NCBI GenBank assembly: GCA_002269645.1
Contig: NIVC01003880.1
Coordinates: 54,571-118,570 of the forward strand
DNA: 64,000 bases
Direction: 5' to 3'
Source of the DNA: Macrostomum lignano
Lineage: Eukaryota
How positions within the stretch are numbered: position 1 is the first letter of the stretch; every line of letters begins with the position of its first letter. Positions 60,874 to 64,000 of the stretch are shown piece after piece. The notes below the pieces were generated by a model. The model saw nothing but the letters and a program-made list of their open reading frames with translations. It did no database searches and was not told where the DNA came from. The translations under genes and the position numbers were made by a program.

Positions 60874-63088
60874 TGATGTAACCGCCCTTGTCGCCTGTCC
60901 GCTCCGTAGAGAGACGAACGCATGGCTAGAGGGGGCAATGACCGTAGGCTGCCTATGACCGGGCAATGACCTGACGGACCTCCAGCACCAGACTGTCCCG
61001 CCCACATGATTAGTAGCTTTGGTAGCGCTTCGTGACCAGAGGGCCAAGGACCCACATGGACCCCACCTGTAGCCAAGGTGCAATAGTTGGTCACTCGGTC
61101 ATGGTATGACCGAGTGGCTGCCACCACTCTATGTGACCTGGCGCACCTGGATCTTTCTACCAGACCTCTCGAGGCTAGAGCCCCGCCTGGATTGGTTACC
61201 AGGGGATTTAGGCTAACAGGGGAGACGCATGCAGCCGAGTACAGGGACTCTGCTTGGGGCATGATCGGGAACTCTGGGCTCAATCCTGGAGGATTTCTCA
61301 GCAGGGGATCCTTTGTGGCTGTGAGCGAGGCTGACTTGCGACTTTGATTACTAAGAGTAGTATGAGGCGAACATGTACTGTCTACAGTTTAGATTGCTCA
61401 GGGCGAAGGGACGCGTTAGCATGGGGTTGCAACCTTCCTACTGCCATTCTGTGCCAAGACTCGCTAATCCCTCTACTGCACGCACACGCGGCCCCGCAGC
61501 ACGCACTCACAGGCGGGCTTTGCACGGGGAGAGGCCATTAGCTTACCCAAACTTCCTTATGCTTTGCCACCCCGGGAGAAAGGCTTAGCAAGCCATGAGT
61601 GAAATGATGGTGAAAGATTGAATAATGATGAAGTTAGTTAATAGTTAATAATTAGGCCCTTAGGCAAATAAGCAGGCAATTAGGCGGCTTCACTATTGAG
61701 TAAAATACAGCAAAAGATACGGTATCACAATTGGCTCAGCTCTCTAATCAGACAATGGAAAATAGGCAAACCCCGGATAAGCAAAGGCAATTAGAGCACA
61801 AATTAGTAGCAGGAACTTACCGGCAGCTGCACAGAGAGAGAGAGAGGCGGAGTGACCGAGGGCGGCTGTAGGCTGCAGTCAGGCAGACGGTGAAGCGGCG
61901 ATGCGCTGGAGCGACGAGGCGCTGATGTAGATCAGGCGATGCTGATGATGCTGGGCGGTATCAGACCGCTGGCCGATAGGCGAGCTCACTTGGGGAGCTA
62001 AGGATAACTTGGCGGTAACAGACCGCGGACCGGCAGGGATTCGTCTTATAGACGAATGGGTCAGAACTCAATCTGACAGCAAGTCCAAAGAAGGACGAGG
62101 AGAGGAACAGAGATAAACTCAGTTGAGTATTCTCATGCCGAAATCGCTTCCTTTTATAGACCTCACAGCCGCCTCCTCAAGGTCGTTACCATGGCTCCCT
62201 CTCTCTGATTGGCTGCCGGCAGAATGACGTCAGAATGAGTCATGATGAGAAGCATGAGACCGGCATAGCAACATGAGAAATCGGGAAATTGCGCAATCCG
62301 GAGGTGGGGTGGGGGATAATTGGCGCAGCGGGTGGTCGCGAAAGTGTTGCGCAAGCAAACATTGAGAACAATAGGGCTGGGGTCGAGAACAAAGGAATTG
62401 GAAATCGGGGATAATTGGGGAAAACTGAGAACAATGGAAAAGTAAACATTGGAGAAAAGGTGATAATTAGGTGCGAAAACGAGAACAAAAGAAAGAGAAA
62501 ATCGGAGAAAATGTGATAATTGGTGGGGGTCGAGAGAACAAAAGAAGCAAAAACGAGAACAATAGAAGCGGAGGTGGGGTGGGTGTCACATGAGAAATTT
62601 GGGAAGGAGAACAATAGCGTGAGAAAAGGTTGCGCAAGAGAGGGGGATGAGTCATCGATGAGTCACCGAGGGGGAGAAGGGGTCACACGACTTGCGTCAC
62701 CGTTTGGGAGTTTGAGAGGGGATGGGGAGACGGTGAGCACACAAAGTACTGTAAGTAGACACAGGGAAAGAGGGGACAGCGCAGGAAAAGAGTGCAGAGG
62801 GAGACAAAAAAAAGGGAGGAGGTAGAGAAAGTACAGGAAGAATAGGGGGAACAGAAGAGATAGGGTAGAGGGGGAGGTACAGAAAGGGGTAGGGGCTCCG
62901 GAAAGGCAGGTGTGGCGGCAGGAGAGACGGGACCAAGGCAGCAGGAGGGGTGCAGCAGAGCGGGAGTCTCCAGGCCCGGTCGGAGACCTGGCCGAGTCTC
63001 GACAGCTCTGTGCAGAGGGTGCACGGGATAGGAGGCACTTTCGAAAAAGTTCCCATGCCCTATCCGCGACCAGAGCGTGGTTACATCA
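60874..63088 (-). repeat. 5' LTR
   Basis: Direct repeat of 50760-52976; adjacent to the PBS. Confidence 0.95.
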
Positions 63089-64000
63089 CAGATTTATATT
63101 TAGTATTTATGCACTATCTGATAGTGCTACATGTACATTGAATCATGTTTTGTATTTGCAATTGCTTCGGGTCAGTGGCATTTTTCATCTGTCGCTAAGT
63201 CCGACTGAAATAATGAATTAAGTGCATATGACTTTAATTCATGAGGTAATCCGAGATACATGTCTTCCTTATAGAATCACCAGATTGCATGTAAGTAAAA
63301 TTTTCGAAATTTCTTGCCTGGTACAGCTAGATGTATATACATGTAGGTCAGCTAAGTAAGCTGCAAGGTTGACTCTTGCTCAAAGCTGATCAGTACATTT
63401 TTTTTCGATTTTACACTACGCAATTAATCTCAAGCTTCACTGCTGCCATGTACATACCCATTTTCCTCCATCTCTCCTAATCCCGTACATGTTAACTCCA
63501 AGGACTTCTAGACTAACAGGACGTAAAACTCAAAGATCGTGCAATTTTTTGGAGGCCACGATTTCCTGGAAAAAATACACTGCGAAGATAGGAAAAAATC
63601 TGTTTTTCGTCACAAATCTGTGATTGTATTTGATCTGGGGCAGTGAAGACTACCATTCTTTTAATTTACCATGCACAACATGTTACTCTATTATATTTTC
63701 ATATAGCTATGTAATGAAGTTTTAATTTTCATATTGTTTTCACTTTATTTCATAAGCCCAAAGTTGCAAACTCACAAGTGGCATTAGCCAAATATCAAAT
63801 TCAAGAAAAGAAAAGCTATTTCAAATTTGTAATATAATAATATTTTTAGCTTTAAAATAAAAATTATAAAAGGACTAATCAATGTTTTTTCTTATAGATA
63901 CCTAGTAAAAAATGGTTAGGGCCTATTTTTGTGATTAAGTCTATTCTTCTTAAATCTTAGTCTTAAATATAGGCTTAGCTTAAAAACTGATAATACAGCT

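Larger units (their letters stand above)
50760..63088 (-). mobile_element. Full-length Ty3/Gypsy LTR retrotransposon (12.3 kb)
   Basis: Two near-identical 2.2-kb LTRs bounded by TGATGTAACC..GGTTACATCA; 4-bp TSD CAGA (50756-50759, 63089-63092); PBS; RT-RNaseH-integrase order. Confidence 0.97.

Overview
Eukaryotic (metazoan) genomic DNA with spliceosomal GT-AG introns, GC-rich exons, many minisatellites, (TTAGGG)n tracts and one 840-N gap. Composition resembles a free-living flatworm such as Macrostomum; that assignment is inference only. Genes reconstructed by hand from splice sites: (1) a CUB + C-type lectin single-pass receptor with PPxY tail (4165-7796, +); (2) a five-exon, 542-aa gene joining an N-terminal LRAT/PLAAT (H-box/NC, NlpC/P60-type) domain to an intact Asp-specific caspase (13273-10758, -), the most novel item and invisible in the ORF track because the two domains lie in separate exons; (3) a very divergent alpha-tubulin-like gene with an in-frame TAG and a frameshift (19184-22757, +); (4) an intact syntaxin-7/12-like Qa-SNARE (37796-39952, +); (5) exons of an uncharacterised acidic/basic protein (42417-49610, +). 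Mobile DNA: an 11.2-kb head-to-tail Helitron-like concatemer (25795-37003) carrying a 23-bp satellite and telomeric repeats, with a nested long-TIR MITE; two tRNA-derived CORE-like SINEs; and a full-length 12.3-kb Gypsy LTR retrotransposon (50760-63088, -) with 2.2-kb LTRs, CAGA TSD and tRNA-Leu PBS, in which no protease or zinc knuckle is visible. All exon structures are manual predictions without transcript evidence.
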